From Escherichia coli (GTDB lineage: Bacteria; Pseudomonadota; Gammaproteobacteria; Enterobacterales; Enterobacteriaceae): DNA of 64,000 bases. The stretch lies in assembly GCF_030384885.1 (NCBI RefSeq), contig NZ_CP128613.1. One strand, given 5' to 3'. How positions within the stretch are numbered: position 1 is the stretch's first letter; every line of letters starts with the position of its first letter. Below, piece by piece: positions 14,318 to 26,935 of this stretch. The translations under genes were made by a program, and so were the position numbers. The notes beneath the pieces are model-generated. The model searched no databases and was not told the origin of the DNA. It worked only from the letters and a program-made list of their open reading frames with translations.

Positions 14318-14986
14318 GTGAAAAACAATGCACAGCTGTTGATGCCGCGCGAAAAAATGCTGAAGTTTGGTATTAGCGCCTTAACGGATGTCGAGCTGCT
14401 GGCGCTATTTCTGCGTACCGGAACGCGCGGTAAAGATGTATTAACCCTGGCAAAAGAGATGCTGGAGAATTTCGGCTCTCTTTATGGCTTGTTAACCTCT
14501 GAATATGAACAGTTTAGTGGCGTTCATGGAATTGGCGTGGCGAAATTTGCCCAGTGAAAGGGGATTGCTGAACTGGCGCGGCGTTACTACAACGTGCGGA
14601 TGCGTGAAGAAAGCCCTTTACTCAGCCCGGAGATGACGAGGGAATTTTTACAAAGCCAGCTCACGGGCGAGGAGCGGGAGATCTTTATGGTGATCTTTCT
14701 CGACTCCCAACACAGGGTTATAACGCATAGCCGTCTTTTTTCCGGCACGCTAAACCATGTTGAAGTCCATCCTCGGGAAATTATCCGCGAAGCGATAAAA
14801 ATAAACGCCTCGGCGCTGATCCTTGCACATAATCACCCTTCGGGTTGTGCTGAACCCAGTAAAGCGGATAAACTCATCACCGAACGGATAATAAAGAGTT
14901 GTCAGTTCATGGATTTACGCGTGCTCGACCATATCGTGATTGGGCGTGGAGAGTATGTTTCTTTTGCCGAACGCGGCTGGATTTAA
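14318..14986 (+). pseudogene. yicR: yicR/radC (UPF0758, JAB-domain protein) interrupted by an in-frame TGA
   Basis: ORFs 14312..14557 and 14594..14986 are in the same frame and together give a complete YicR-like protein ([40 protein letters not shown] ... HNHPSG ... ERGWI). The only break is TGA at 14555..14557 where Leu is expected ([18 protein letters not shown]). A GTG start at 14318 follows the aaggagg RBS. Confidence 0.8.
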
Positions 14987-15181
14987 CCCGCTATGCGCGA
15001 TCCTTCGGGATCTTTGTCTGTTCGGGACTTGAGCACATCGCTGAGTCAGCGTATACTACGCCACCTTTGAGAATCTCGGGTTTGGCATTTGGGCCTGGCA
15101 ATCGAGAGTTCACATAGAACTGCGATGACCGGGCTGTAAAGCCTGACGAGGCGCCAATACCCCATACGAAGCTCGAGCTAA

Positions 15182-15439
<258 letters not shown>

Positions 15440-15456
15440 GTACTTAGAGGAAATAA

Positions 15457-15627
<171 letters not shown>

Positions 15628-15651
15628 TTCTCGCTTTGATGTAACGAAAAA

Positions 15652-15673
15652 CCTCGCTCCGGCGGGGTTTTTT
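15652..15673 (+). terminator. Rho-independent terminator of rpmBG
   Basis: Stem cctcgc/gcgggg (with a U-G wobble pair), loop tccg, followed by tttttt. Confidence 0.8.
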
Positions 15674-15724
15674 GTTATCTGCTTGCCCCCATATTGACTG
15701 CATCTGTTCATTCCCGGAGATGCT

Positions 15725-16534
15725 ATGCCTGAATTACCCGAAGTTGAAACCAGCCGACGCGGCATCGAACCGCATCTCGTTGGTGCAACCATTCTTCATG
15801 CGGTGGTGCGCAACGGTCGCTTGCGCTGGCCGGTTTCGGAAGAGATCTACCGTTTAAGCGACCAACCAGTGCTTAGCGTGCAGCGCCGGGCTAAATATCT
15901 GCTGCTGGAGCTGCCTGAGGGCTGGATTATCATTCATTTGGGGATGTCTGGCAGCCTGCGCATCCTTTCAGAAGAACTTCCTCCCGAAAAGCATGACCAT
16001 GTTGATTTGGTGATGAGCAACGGCAAAGTACTGCGCTATACCGATCCGCGCCGTTTTGGTGCCTGGCTGTGGACCAAAGAGCTGGAAGGGCATAATGTGC
16101 TGGCCCACCTTGGACCGGAACCACTTAGCGACGATTTCAACGGTGAGTACCTGCATCAGAAGTGCGCGAAGAAAAAAACGGCGATTAAACCGTGGCTGAT
16201 GGATAACAAGCTGGTGGTAGGCGTAGGGAATATCTATGCCAGCGAATCTCTGTTTGCGGCGGGGATCCATCCGGATCGGCTGGCGTCATCACTGTCACTG
16301 GCAGAGTGTGAATTGTTAGCTCGGGTGATTAAAGCGGTGTTGCTGCGTTCGATTGAGCAGGGCGGTACAACGCTGAAAGATTTTCTGCAAAGTGATGGTA
16401 AACCGGGCTATTTCGCTCAGGAATTGCAGGTCTACGGGCGAAAAGGTGAGCCGTGTCGGGTGTGTGGTACGCCGATTATGGCGACGAAACATGCACAACG
16501 GGCGACGTTTTATTGTCGGCAGTGCCAGAAGTAA
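15725..16534 (+). CDS. mutM: Formamidopyrimidine-DNA glycosylase (Fpg/MutM)
   Basis: 269-aa [39 protein letters not shown]..., with the C-terminal zinc finger CRVCGTPI...YCRQCQK. Confidence 0.97.
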   Translation: MPELPEVETSRRGIEPHLVGATILHAVVRNGRLRWPVSEEIYRLSDQPVLSVQRRAKYLLLELPEGWIIIHLGMSGSLRILSEELPPEKHDHVDLVMSNGKVLRYTDPRRFGAWLWTKELEGHNVLAHLGPEPLSDDFNGEYLHQKCAKKKTAIKPWLMDNKLVVGVGNIYASESLFAAGIHPDRLASSLSLAECELLARVIKAVLLRSIEQGGTTLKDFLQSDGKPGYFAQELQVYGRKGEPCRVCGTPIMATKHAQRATFYCRQCQK

Positions 16535-16572
16535 TTGATGCGCGCCGGATGGCATACCATCCGGCATAAACG

Positions 16573-18337
<1,765 letters not shown>

Positions 18338-18659
18338 AGTAAATAGCTGACTTATGGATGTGCTGGGGATTCTATGTATTTAGCTGTGGCTTTACCATTA
18401 CTTTTCCCGTTTTTGACTTAAATAGCAATTTACCCGCCAATTCTTGCTGAACATCTATACTTTTTTTGTATTTTTATGCGATTCATTGATTTCCGCAGTA
18501 CGTGCAGTAAGGAATCGCGGAGCAACAGTGAAAGAATATTGTTGCTAATGATTTTATTTGATTGATTTCTTTATTGAAAAACAACGATGTGCTTAAAAAT
18601 CATTCGGATCGGATTGCCGCGAAAGAAGTGATACACTAGCGCGTCAATATCAGTACGGT

Positions 18660-18700
18660 ATCAGTATTCAGGTAGCTGTTGAGCCTGGGGCGGTAGCGTG
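18660..18700 (+). promoter_or_regulatory. JUMPstart region with ops element (RfaH recruitment site) in the waaQ leader
   Basis: GGCGGTAGCGTG at 18689..18700 matches the ops consensus GGCGGTAGnnTG on the non-template strand upstream of waaQ. Confidence 0.85.
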
Positions 18701-18749
18701 CTTTTTCTGCTTCACCTTAATCGGATAATCTCAACAAAAAGAGTTACTT

Positions 18750-19808
18750 GTGGATAAGCCATTTCGAAGAATTTTGCTCATTAAGATGCGTTTTCATGGG
18801 GATATGTTATTAACTACTCCCGTCATTAGTTCGCTGAAAAAAAATTACCCTGACGCAAAAATCGATGTGCTGCTTTATCAGGACACCATCCCGATCCTAT
18901 CTGAAAATCCAGAGATTAACGCGCTCTACGGCATAAAAAATAAAAAAGCAAAAGCTTCAGAAAAAATTGCCAACTTTTTTCATCTCATCAAGGTATTACG
19001 TGCCAATAAGTATGACCTTATCGTTAATCTTACCGATCAATGGATGGTTGCTATACTGGTTCGCTTATTAAATGCCCGTGTGAAAATTTCCCAGGATTAT
19101 CATCATCGGCAGTCTGCTTTTTGGCGTAAAAGCTTCACCCATCTGGTGCCGTTGCAGGGTGGAAATGTGGTGGAAAGTAACTTATCCGTGCTGACGCCAT
19201 TGGGACTTGAATCGTTGGTGAAGCAGACAACCATGAGTTACCCGCCTGCAAGCTGGAAACGTATGCGTCGCGAACTTGATCACGCAGGTGTTGGACAAAA
19301 TTATGTGGTTATCCAACCTACGGCGCGGCAAATCTTCAAATGCTGGGACAACGGCAAGTTTTCCGCTGTGATTGATGCCTTACATACACGTGGCTATGAA
19401 GTCGTTCTGACGTCCGGCCCGGATAAAGACGATCTGGCCTGCGTCAATGAAATTGCGCAGGGATGCCAGACGCCACCAGTAACGGCGTTGGCCGGAAAGG
19501 TAACCTTCCCGGAACTTGGTGCGTTAATCGATCATGCGCAGCTGTTTATTGGCGTTGATTCCGCACCGGCGCACATTGCCGCTGCAGTTAATACGCCGCT
19601 GATATCGCTGTTTGGTGCAACAGACCATATTTTCTGGCGTCCCTGGTCAAATAACATGATTCAATTCTGGGCGGGAGATTACCGGGAAATGCCAACACGC
19701 GATCAGCGTGACCGAAATGAGATGTATCTTTCGGTTATTCCGGCGGCAGATGTCATTGCTGCTGTTGATAAATTATTGCCATCCTCCACGACAGGTACGT
19801 CGTTATGA
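18750..19808 (+). CDS. waaQ: LPS heptosyltransferase III WaaQ
   Basis: GT9 heptosyltransferase-like ORF, first gene of the long waa operon; start is uncertain (GTG at 18750 or ATG at 18786). Confidence 0.88.
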   Translation: MDKPFRRILLIKMRFHGDMLLTTPVISSLKKNYPDAKIDVLLYQDTIPILSENPEINALYGIKNKKAKASEKIANFFHLIKVLRANKYDLIVNLTDQWMVAILVRLLNARVKISQDYHHRQSAFWRKSFTHLVPLQGGNVVESNLSVLTPLGLESLVKQTTMSYPPASWKRMRRELDHAGVGQNYVVIQPTARQIFKCWDNGKFSAVIDALHTRGYEVVLTSGPDKDDLACVNEIAQGCQTPPVTALAGKVTFPELGALIDHAQLFIGVDSAPAHIAAAVNTPLISLFGATDHIFWRPWSNNMIQFWAGDYREMPTRDQRDRNEMYLSVIPAADVIAAVDKLLPSSTTGTSL

Positions 19809-20929
19809 TCGTTGCTTTCTGTTTATATAAATATTTTCCCTTTGGCGGTTTGCAACGCGATTTTATGCGTATTGCTCAGACAGTCGCCGCCCGAGGTCAT
19901 CATGTTCGGGTTTATGCCCAGTCGTGGGAAGGCGAATGCCCTGATATATTTGAACTGATCAAAGTGCCGGTTAAATCGCATACCAATCACGGGCGCAATG
20001 CGGAGTATTTTGCCTGGGTGCAAAAACATTTACGTGAACATCCCGTCGATAGAGTCGTTGGATTCAACAAAATGCCGGGGCTGGACGTTTATTATGCCGC
20101 TGATGTTTGTTATGCCGAGAAAGTAGCGCAGGAGAAAGGCTTTTTCTATCGCCTGACGTCACGTTATCGCCATTATGCCGCCTTTGAGCGGGCAACCTTC
20201 GAACAGGGCAAGCCGACACAGCTGCTGATGCTGACGGACAAGCAAATCGCCGATTTCCAGAAACATTATCAGACTGAAGCGGAGCGTTTTCATATTCTGC
20301 CACCGGGGATTTATCCTGATCGTAAATATAGCCAGCAGCCAGCCAATAGCCGTGAAATCTTCCGTAAGAAGAATGGAATAACCGAACAACAATATTTATT
20401 GTTGCAGGTCGGTTCAGACTTCACGCGTAAAGGTGTTGATCGTTCCATTGAAGCACTTGCTTCATTACCGGATTCGCTGCGCCACAACACATTGCTATAT
20501 GTTGTTGGGCAGGATAAACCGCGAAAATTTGAGGCGCTGGCAGAAAAACGCGGCGTGCGCAGTAATGTTCACTTCTTCTCTGGGCGTAACGATGTCTCGG
20601 AATTAATGGCGGCGGCGGATTTATTACTGCATCCTGCCTATCAGGAAGCGGCTGGAATTGTGCTGCTGGAAGCGATTACTGCAGGATTACCGGTTCTAAC
20701 AACTGCTGTTTGTGGTTATGCGCATTATATTGTTGACGCTAATTGCGGCGAGGCTATTGCTGAGCCGTTCCGCCAGGAAACATTGAATGAGTTTTTACGC
20801 AAAGCGTTAACGCAATCTTCATTGCGCCAGGCCTGGGCTGAAAATGCGCGACATTATGCTGATACACAAGATTTATACAGTCTGCCAGAGAAAGCGGCGG
20901 ATATCATAACGGGTGGTCTGGATGGTTGA
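19805..20929 (+). CDS. waaG: LPS glucosyltransferase I WaaG (GT4)
   Basis: 374-aa [40 protein letters not shown]... Confidence 0.96.
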   Translation: MIVAFCLYKYFPFGGLQRDFMRIAQTVAARGHHVRVYAQSWEGECPDIFELIKVPVKSHTNHGRNAEYFAWVQKHLREHPVDRVVGFNKMPGLDVYYAADVCYAEKVAQEKGFFYRLTSRYRHYAAFERATFEQGKPTQLLMLTDKQIADFQKHYQTEAERFHILPPGIYPDRKYSQQPANSREIFRKKNGITEQQYLLLQVGSDFTRKGVDRSIEALASLPDSLRHNTLLYVVGQDKPRKFEALAEKRGVRSNVHFFSGRNDVSELMAAADLLLHPAYQEAAGIVLLEAITAGLPVLTTAVCGYAHYIVDANCGEAIAEPFRQETLNEFLRKALTQSSLRQAWAENARHYADTQDLYSLPEKAADIITGGLDG

Positions 20930-21719
20930 ACTGAAAGAGCCGTTTGCCACGTTATGGCGCGGTAAAGATCCTTTTGAGGAGGTTAAAACCTTGCAGGGTG
21001 AGGTATTTCGTGAACTGGAAACTCGCCGCACTCTGCGCTTTGAAATGGCGGGCAAAAGCTATTTTCTCAAATGGCATCGCGGCACGACCCTGAAAGAGAT
21101 AATCAAAAATTTACTCTCATTGCGGATGCCAGTATTAGGCGCAGACCGCGAATGGAATGCGATTCATCGGCTGCGGGATGTCGGCGTTGATACTATGTAT
21201 GGGGTGGCATTCGGCGAAAAAGGCATTAATCCGCTGACCAGAACCTCGTTTATTATAACCGAAGATCTGACACCAACCATCAGTCTGGAAGATTACTGTG
21301 CTGACTGGGCGACTAACCCTCCAGATGTTCGCGTAAAGCGTATGCTTATTAAGCGTGTCGCGACGATGGTGCGCGATATGCATGCTGCGGGCATTAACCA
21401 CCGTGACTGTTATATCTGTCATTTCCTGCTGCACTTGCCTTTTTCTGGTAGGGAAGAGGAGTTAAAAATTTCGGTAATTGACCTGCACCGGGCGCAGCTT
21501 CGCACGCGCGTTCCACGTCGTTGGCGCGATAAAGATCTTATTGGGCTTTATTTTTCTTCGATGAATATTGGCCTGACTCAGCGGGATATCTGGCGGTTCA
21601 TGAAGGTGTATTTTGCTGCCCCGCTTAAAGACATTCTCAAGCAGGAACAAGGGCTGCTGTCGCAAGCAGAAGCAAAAGCCACAAAAATCAGGGAAAGAAC
21701 GATTCGAAAATCGTTGTAA
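20922..21719 (+). CDS. waaP: LPS core heptose(I) kinase WaaP
   Basis: 265 aa from [33 protein letters not shown]... Confidence 0.95.
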   Translation: MVELKEPFATLWRGKDPFEEVKTLQGEVFRELETRRTLRFEMAGKSYFLKWHRGTTLKEIIKNLLSLRMPVLGADREWNAIHRLRDVGVDTMYGVAFGEKGINPLTRTSFIITEDLTPTISLEDYCADWATNPPDVRVKRMLIKRVATMVRDMHAAGINHRDCYICHFLLHLPFSGREEELKISVIDLHRAQLRTRVPRRWRDKDLIGLYFSSMNIGLTQRDIWRFMKVYFAAPLKDILKQEQGLLSQAEAKATKIRERTIRKSL

Positions 21720-21761
21720 CCCGTAACTTATTTTTGCCAAAAATTTGGATACAGAGTAAAT

Positions 21762-22769
21762 ATGTCTCAACTCAATGATAGTGACATCATCCTTTTTGAG
21801 TATAATTTTCATTATAAGAATATAAGATCTAAAAATACTCTTGATATAGCATTTGGAATTGATAGAAATTTTCTTTTTGGATGTGGTGTAGCCATTGCAT
21901 CTATTCTATTAAACAATAGCGAAATCTCTTGTGAATTTCATGTTTTCACAGATTATATCAGTGATAAAGACAAGTTATATTTTTCCGATTTAGCAAAACA
22001 ATATAATTCAAGAATTAATATTTATGTTATCAATTGTGATAAGCTGAAGTCATTACCAAGCACGAAAAACTGGACTTACGCAACATATTTTCGATTTATA
22101 ATTGCAGATTATTTCTATAGTAAACATGAAAAAATACTATATCTTGATGCAGATATTGCTTGCAAGGGTAGTATTAAAGAACTCTTAGATTATCAATTTT
22201 CTACTAATGAAATTGCCGCAGTTGTAGCTGAAAGAGATGTTGAATGGTGGCAGAATCGAGCCTCGATACTAACTACACCGCAATTAGCTTCTGGATATTT
22301 TAATGCTGGTTTTTTGCTGATAAATATTGTTGAGTGGAATCGAAATAACATTTCGTCAAAAGCTATTGAAATGTTGCGTGATCCAGATTGGGTAAGTAAA
22401 ATCACCCACCTTGATCAAGATGTCCTGAATGTATTATTGAATGGTAAAGTCAAATTTATATCAGAAAAATATAATACCCGATATAGTATTAACTATGAAT
22501 TAAAAGACAAGGTTGATAATCCAGTCAATGATGACACTGTGTTCATACACTATGTAGGGCCTACAAAACCCTGGCATGAGTGGGCTGATTATCCTGTGTC
22601 ACGTAGTTTTTTGATCGCCAAAGCTGCTTCTCCGTGGTGTAAAGAAGATTTACTTAAACCTGTAAATAGCAATCAGTATCGGTATTGCGCAAAACATAAA
22701 TTTAAACAAAAGCATTATATAGCAAGCATTCTTAATTATTTAAAATATTATAAAGAAAAATGCTTCTAA
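21762..22769 (+). CDS. waaI: Glycosyltransferase family 8 outer-core hexosyltransferase (WaaI-like, R3-type)
   Basis: GT8-type sequence with DAD motif (YLDADIACKGS); low-GC gene; the name follows the R3 gene order Q-G-P-I-Y-J-D. Confidence 0.75.
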   Translation: MSQLNDSDIILFEYNFHYKNIRSKNTLDIAFGIDRNFLFGCGVAIASILLNNSEISCEFHVFTDYISDKDKLYFSDLAKQYNSRINIYVINCDKLKSLPSTKNWTYATYFRFIIADYFYSKHEKILYLDADIACKGSIKELLDYQFSTNEIAAVVAERDVEWWQNRASILTTPQLASGYFNAGFLLINIVEWNRNNISSKAIEMLRDPDWVSKITHLDQDVLNVLLNGKVKFISEKYNTRYSINYELKDKVDNPVNDDTVFIHYVGPTKPWHEWADYPVSRSFLIAKAASPWCKEDLLKPVNSNQYRYCAKHKFKQKHYIASILNYLKYYKEKCF

Positions 22770-22794
22770 ATATTTAAGGTTAAAATACTTCATC

Positions 22795-23502
22795 ATGATA
22801 TATAATAAAACGATAAATGGGTTGAAAGTTCTCATAAAAGATAATGATCCCTTTTACGAGCAAGTTCTGAATGACTTTTTAACTTGTAGGATTAAAACAT
22901 TAAAAGTTTTTCGTTCTATTGATGATACTAAAGTCATTCTTATTGACACTGCTCGCGGACCTCTTGTGCTTAAAGTTTATGCGCCAAAGCATAAAATGGC
23001 CGAACGTTTCTTAAAATCTTGTGTCAAAAAAGATTATTATGAGAACTTAATTTATCAAACTGATCGGGTACGTGGTGAGGGCATCCAATCAATTAATGAC
23101 TATTTTTTACTTGCTGAACGTAAAACATTAAATTTCTCACATTATTATATTATGCTCATTGAGTATATTGAAGGTGTGGGGTTAAATGAGTATTCGGAAA
23201 TTTCAGAAGATCTGAAGCATCAATTATCAGAATCGATTAAAGAGTTGCATCAGCATGGAATGGTGTCTGGCGATCCTCATAAAGGAAATTTTATAGTATC
23301 CGAAAAAGGATTAAGACTAATAGACCTTTCAGGTAAAAAAACAACCGCAGTTTTAAAAGCGAAAGATCGTATTGATCTCGAACGGCACTATAATATAAAA
23401 AATGAATTGAAAGACTTTGGCTATACATACCTTGTATTCAAAAAGAAAATTAAAAAAGCAATCAGGGATGTAAAAATCAAGCTGGGATTGAAGAACAAAT
23501 AA
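22795..23502 (+). CDS. waaY: LPS core heptose(II) kinase WaaY
   Basis: 235-aa small kinase-like ORF between two GT8 genes, as expected for WaaY; low GC. Confidence 0.8.
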   Translation: MIYNKTINGLKVLIKDNDPFYEQVLNDFLTCRIKTLKVFRSIDDTKVILIDTARGPLVLKVYAPKHKMAERFLKSCVKKDYYENLIYQTDRVRGEGIQSINDYFLLAERKTLNFSHYYIMLIEYIEGVGLNEYSEISEDLKHQLSESIKELHQHGMVSGDPHKGNFIVSEKGLRLIDLSGKKTTAVLKAKDRIDLERHYNIKNELKDFGYTYLVFKKKIKKAIRDVKIKLGLKNK

Positions 23503-23526
23503 TATTTATGATGAAGGGTAACTAAA

Positions 23527-24540
23527 TTGGATTTTAAACATCTTACTCGATTTAAAGATATAATTGAACTGGACAAACGCCCTGTTAAAATTGAAGAACG
23601 GGAAACGTTCAATGTCTCATGGGGTATTGATGAGAACTACCAGATTGGGGCTGCGATTTCAATTGCTTCAATTCTTGAAAATAATAAAGAAAACAACTTC
23701 ACCTTTCACGTAATCGCTGATTACTTAGACAAAGAGTATATTGAATTATTATCACAATTAGCAACGAAATATCGAACGGTTATTAAATTATATCATATTG
23801 ATTCTGAGCCACTGAAAGCGTTACCTCAATCAAATATCTGGCCAGTATCTATTTATTATCGTTTGCTTTCATTTGATTATTTTTCTTCGCGATTAGATTC
23901 ATTATTATATCTTGATGCTGATATTGTCTGTAAGGGTTCATTAAATGAGTTACTGGAATTAGAATTTAAAGATGAATATGGTGCTGTAGTAATTGATGTT
24001 GATGCTATGCAAAGTAAAAGTGCTGAGCGTTTGTGTAATGGGGATTTTAACGGTAGCTATTTTAACTCTGGTGTAATGTATATTAATTTACGAGAATGGT
24101 TAAAACAAAGACTAACGGAGAAATTCTTTGATCTATTATCAGATGAGTCAATTATCAAAAAATTAAAGTACCCGGATCAAGATATTTTAAACTTAATGTT
24201 TCTACATCATGCTAAAATATTACCAAGAAAATATAATTGTATTTATACTATAAAATCAGAATTTGAAGAAAAAAATAGCGAATATTATACCCGTTTTATT
24301 AATGATGAAACTGTCTTCATACATTACACTGGTGTAACTAAGCCATGGCATGATTGGGCGAACTATGCATCGGCAGATTATTTTCGTAATATTTATAATA
24401 TATCTCCATGGAGAAATATACCTTATAAAAAAGCTGTTAAAAAACATGAGTATAAAGAAAAATATAAGCACTTGCTTTACCAGAAAAAATTTCTTGATGG
24501 TGTTTTTACAGCAATTAAATATAATGTTATGAAAGGTTAA
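23527..24540 (+). CDS. waaJ: Glycosyltransferase family 8 outer-core hexosyltransferase (WaaJ-like)
   Basis: Second GT8 paralogue (LYLDADIVCKGS); TTG start at 23527. Confidence 0.75.
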   Translation: MDFKHLTRFKDIIELDKRPVKIEERETFNVSWGIDENYQIGAAISIASILENNKENNFTFHVIADYLDKEYIELLSQLATKYRTVIKLYHIDSEPLKALPQSNIWPVSIYYRLLSFDYFSSRLDSLLYLDADIVCKGSLNELLELEFKDEYGAVVIDVDAMQSKSAERLCNGDFNGSYFNSGVMYINLREWLKQRLTEKFFDLLSDESIIKKLKYPDQDILNLMFLHHAKILPRKYNCIYTIKSEFEEKNSEYYTRFINDETVFIHYTGVTKPWHDWANYASADYFRNIYNISPWRNIPYKKAVKKHEYKEKYKHLLYQKKFLDGVFTAIKYNVMKG

Positions 24541-24548
24541 TATTCGAG

Positions 24549-25691
24549 ATGGTTGATAAAATAATATTTACAGTTACTCCTATTTTTTCAATTCCTCCTC
24601 GCGGAGCGGCCGCTGTTGAAACGTGGATGTATCAGGTTGCTCAGCGTACCAATTTCCCAAATCGTATTGTTTGTATCAAGAATCCAGGATACTCAAATTA
24701 CACCTTTGTTAATGATAATTGTAGTATTCATAGGGTTGGATTCAGTCGCATATATAAGCGGTTATTTCAAAAATGGACAAGACTTGATCCTCTTCCATAT
24801 TCACAGAGAATATTGAATATTGCCCATGATTTTCCTATAACGAAAGAAAGTGTTATTGTAGTTCATAATAGCATGAAGCTATACACTCAAATTCGTAAGC
24901 GAGCACCTCAGGCAAGAGTGGTTATACATATGCATAATGCATTTGAACCAAAATTGCTTGAGCAAAATGTTAAAATGATAGTGCCTAGTTTATACTTGAA
25001 AAAGTATTACCAATCTTATTTAGCAAATGCAGATATTGAGATTGTACCAAATGGAATTGATTTAGAAACCTATCAATCTACTTTTCAGCCGATCACTAGA
25101 AGCGAACTTAGTATCTCCCCTGAAGAGAAAATTATTTTTTATGCTGGGCGTATCGTCCCTGACAAAGGCATATTACTGTTGATGCAATCATTCGAAAAAT
25201 TGGCCGCTGCTCACAAAAATTTAAAATTAGTTGTGATTGGTGATTATACAGAAATGAGTAAAAGTGACAAAGGTGCATATCAACACAATGTCAGGGAAAT
25301 TGCAAAACGTTTGAAGGATCGTTGCATTATGTTAGGAAGCATACCGCCTGAAAAGATGCATTGTTATTACCCACTGGCAGATTTAGTTGTCATTCCTTCC
25401 CAGTTCCAGGAACCATTTTGCATGGTGGCAATTGAAGCTATGGGGGCTGGTAAGCCTGTTTTAGTGAGTACGCGTGGGGGGATGACGGAATTTGTCAAAG
25501 AAAATACTACGGGATTCCATTTAAAAGAACCTATGTCTGCAGACTCTATAAGCAGCGATATTTTAAAAACGTTAGCGAATCCTGAATTAACAGCAGTTGC
25601 AAAGCAAGGTCAGGATTTTGTGTTTGATCACTACAGTTGGGATGGCGTAACTCAAAGATTTGAAGAGGTCATTCATAATTGGTTTGAATAA
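24549..25691 (+). CDS. waaD: GT4 glycosyltransferase, WaaD-like (R3 core-type-specific transferase)
   Basis: 380-aa GT4-like ORF with a C-terminal E-x7-E-like region (FCMVAIEAMGAGKPVL); last gene before convergent waaL, as in R3-type clusters. Confidence 0.7.
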   Translation: MVDKIIFTVTPIFSIPPRGAAAVETWMYQVAQRTNFPNRIVCIKNPGYSNYTFVNDNCSIHRVGFSRIYKRLFQKWTRLDPLPYSQRILNIAHDFPITKESVIVVHNSMKLYTQIRKRAPQARVVIHMHNAFEPKLLEQNVKMIVPSLYLKKYYQSYLANADIEIVPNGIDLETYQSTFQPITRSELSISPEEKIIFYAGRIVPDKGILLLMQSFEKLAAAHKNLKLVVIGDYTEMSKSDKGAYQHNVREIAKRLKDRCIMLGSIPPEKMHCYYPLADLVVIPSQFQEPFCMVAIEAMGAGKPVLVSTRGGMTEFVKENTTGFHLKEPMSADSISSDILKTLANPELTAVAKQGQDFVFDHYSWDGVTQRFEEVIHNWFE

Positions 25692-25692
25692 A

Positions 25693-25722
25693 TAAAAAGG
25701 CCGCATTATGCAGCCTTTTTTA
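25693..25722. terminator. Bidirectional terminator between waaD and waaL
   Basis: aaaaaggccgcattatgcagcctttttt: imperfect hairpin flanked by A and T runs. Confidence 0.7.
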
Positions 25723-25726
25723 TTTT

Positions 25727-26935
25727 TTACTTGTTTTTCATTGCTAATAATAAGCCGGCGTAAACGCCTAATAAATTTGGTTCAATTTGTTCTACGTTTC
25801 CACGGATAACAAAATAACCTATAAAAGATAGTAAGATTATATAATATGCATTATATGGTGAGCGGTTTTTATTCTGGACGCTATTTTTTATACACTCTTT
25901 CAATATTGCGCAGTATAGCATCATAAGACTTATCAGCCCTAATAAACCAGTGCCAAACCAGATGAATAGCGCAAAATTATGTGGCCCTATCGATTGTCTA
26001 AAGGTCCATTCTGGATAATCAACGACACGTTTATTATAGACATCTTTATATGCAACGTTACCGTAACCGTAACCAATAACAGGATTTTCTAATATTAGAT
26101 CGAGTGCGCTGCCTTGAGTACCATTTGCATAGCGATAAGAACTATTAGTTTGTTGAAGTTTATACGTTAGATTTGCGGTCATCTCCTTATGTGTGAAAAT
26201 AACCGATAATGCAATGATGGAAACCATTACTCCTACTAATAGTAACTTCCATTGTTTAAACATCAGAATCCATATTAATCCAATGACTAACACGGAAAGC
26301 CAGGCTCCTCTGGATAAAGTTCCTAATATCAGAAAAATAAAAATAACGCTTAGAACCGCAAAAGAAATGCGGTATTTTGCTGATTTGATAAGCCAGAGAT
26401 TTAACAATGCAGGAAATAAAAAGACCATCGAGTCAGAAATGCTACGGTGTCTATAATCTGCAAATGGCATTACCCCTTGTTGATAGTCCTTATAATAGGC
26501 AATCAATTCAGAAAAACAACGTAAGCCCAACGCACTTATAAATGAGAAGAAAACGATTTTTTCGACATCTTCTCTTTTCTCGTCTCTCAATATGACCGGT
26601 ATTGCTATTGTGCACAGTAAAGTATTCTCAATGATAGCTTTGAAAATTTCCTTCATGCTAGCACCTGCATCTGGGGATTGAAGAAGTGATAGCAATGCAG
26701 CAATAGTTAATATGGCAACACTACCAAAAAGACATGTTTTAAATAGTGAAAGATAGTGTTTTGGCCGTTTGCAGAGATAGACGATTGTCGTTATTGTCAT
26801 AAGAATAACAATAAGATGTTTATACCTTGTAATCCCACCCAAAAAATAGGTGGTAATGAATAAGAATACGAGAGCTCTGTTCCAGTACGCTATCCAGTTT
26901 TTTTTCTCGAGAGAGAAAAATAATGTTGAGGTCAT
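25727..26935 (-). CDS. waaL: O-antigen ligase WaaL
   Basis: 402-aa polytopic membrane protein; low GC; immediately downstream of waaC, overlapping it by 4 nt. Confidence 0.85.
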   Translation of the reverse strand: MTSTLFFSLEKKNWIAYWNRALVFLFITTYFLGGITRYKHLIVILMTITTIVYLCKRPKHYLSLFKTCLFGSVAILTIAALLSLLQSPDAGASMKEIFKAIIENTLLCTIAIPVILRDEKREDVEKIVFFSFISALGLRCFSELIAYYKDYQQGVMPFADYRHRSISDSMVFLFPALLNLWLIKSAKYRISFAVLSVIFIFLILGTLSRGAWLSVLVIGLIWILMFKQWKLLLVGVMVSIIALSVIFTHKEMTANLTYKLQQTNSSYRYANGTQGSALDLILENPVIGYGYGNVAYKDVYNKRVVDYPEWTFRQSIGPHNFALFIWFGTGLLGLISLMMLYCAILKECIKNSVQNKNRSPYNAYYIILLSFIGYFVIRGNVEQIEPNLLGVYAGLLLAMKNK

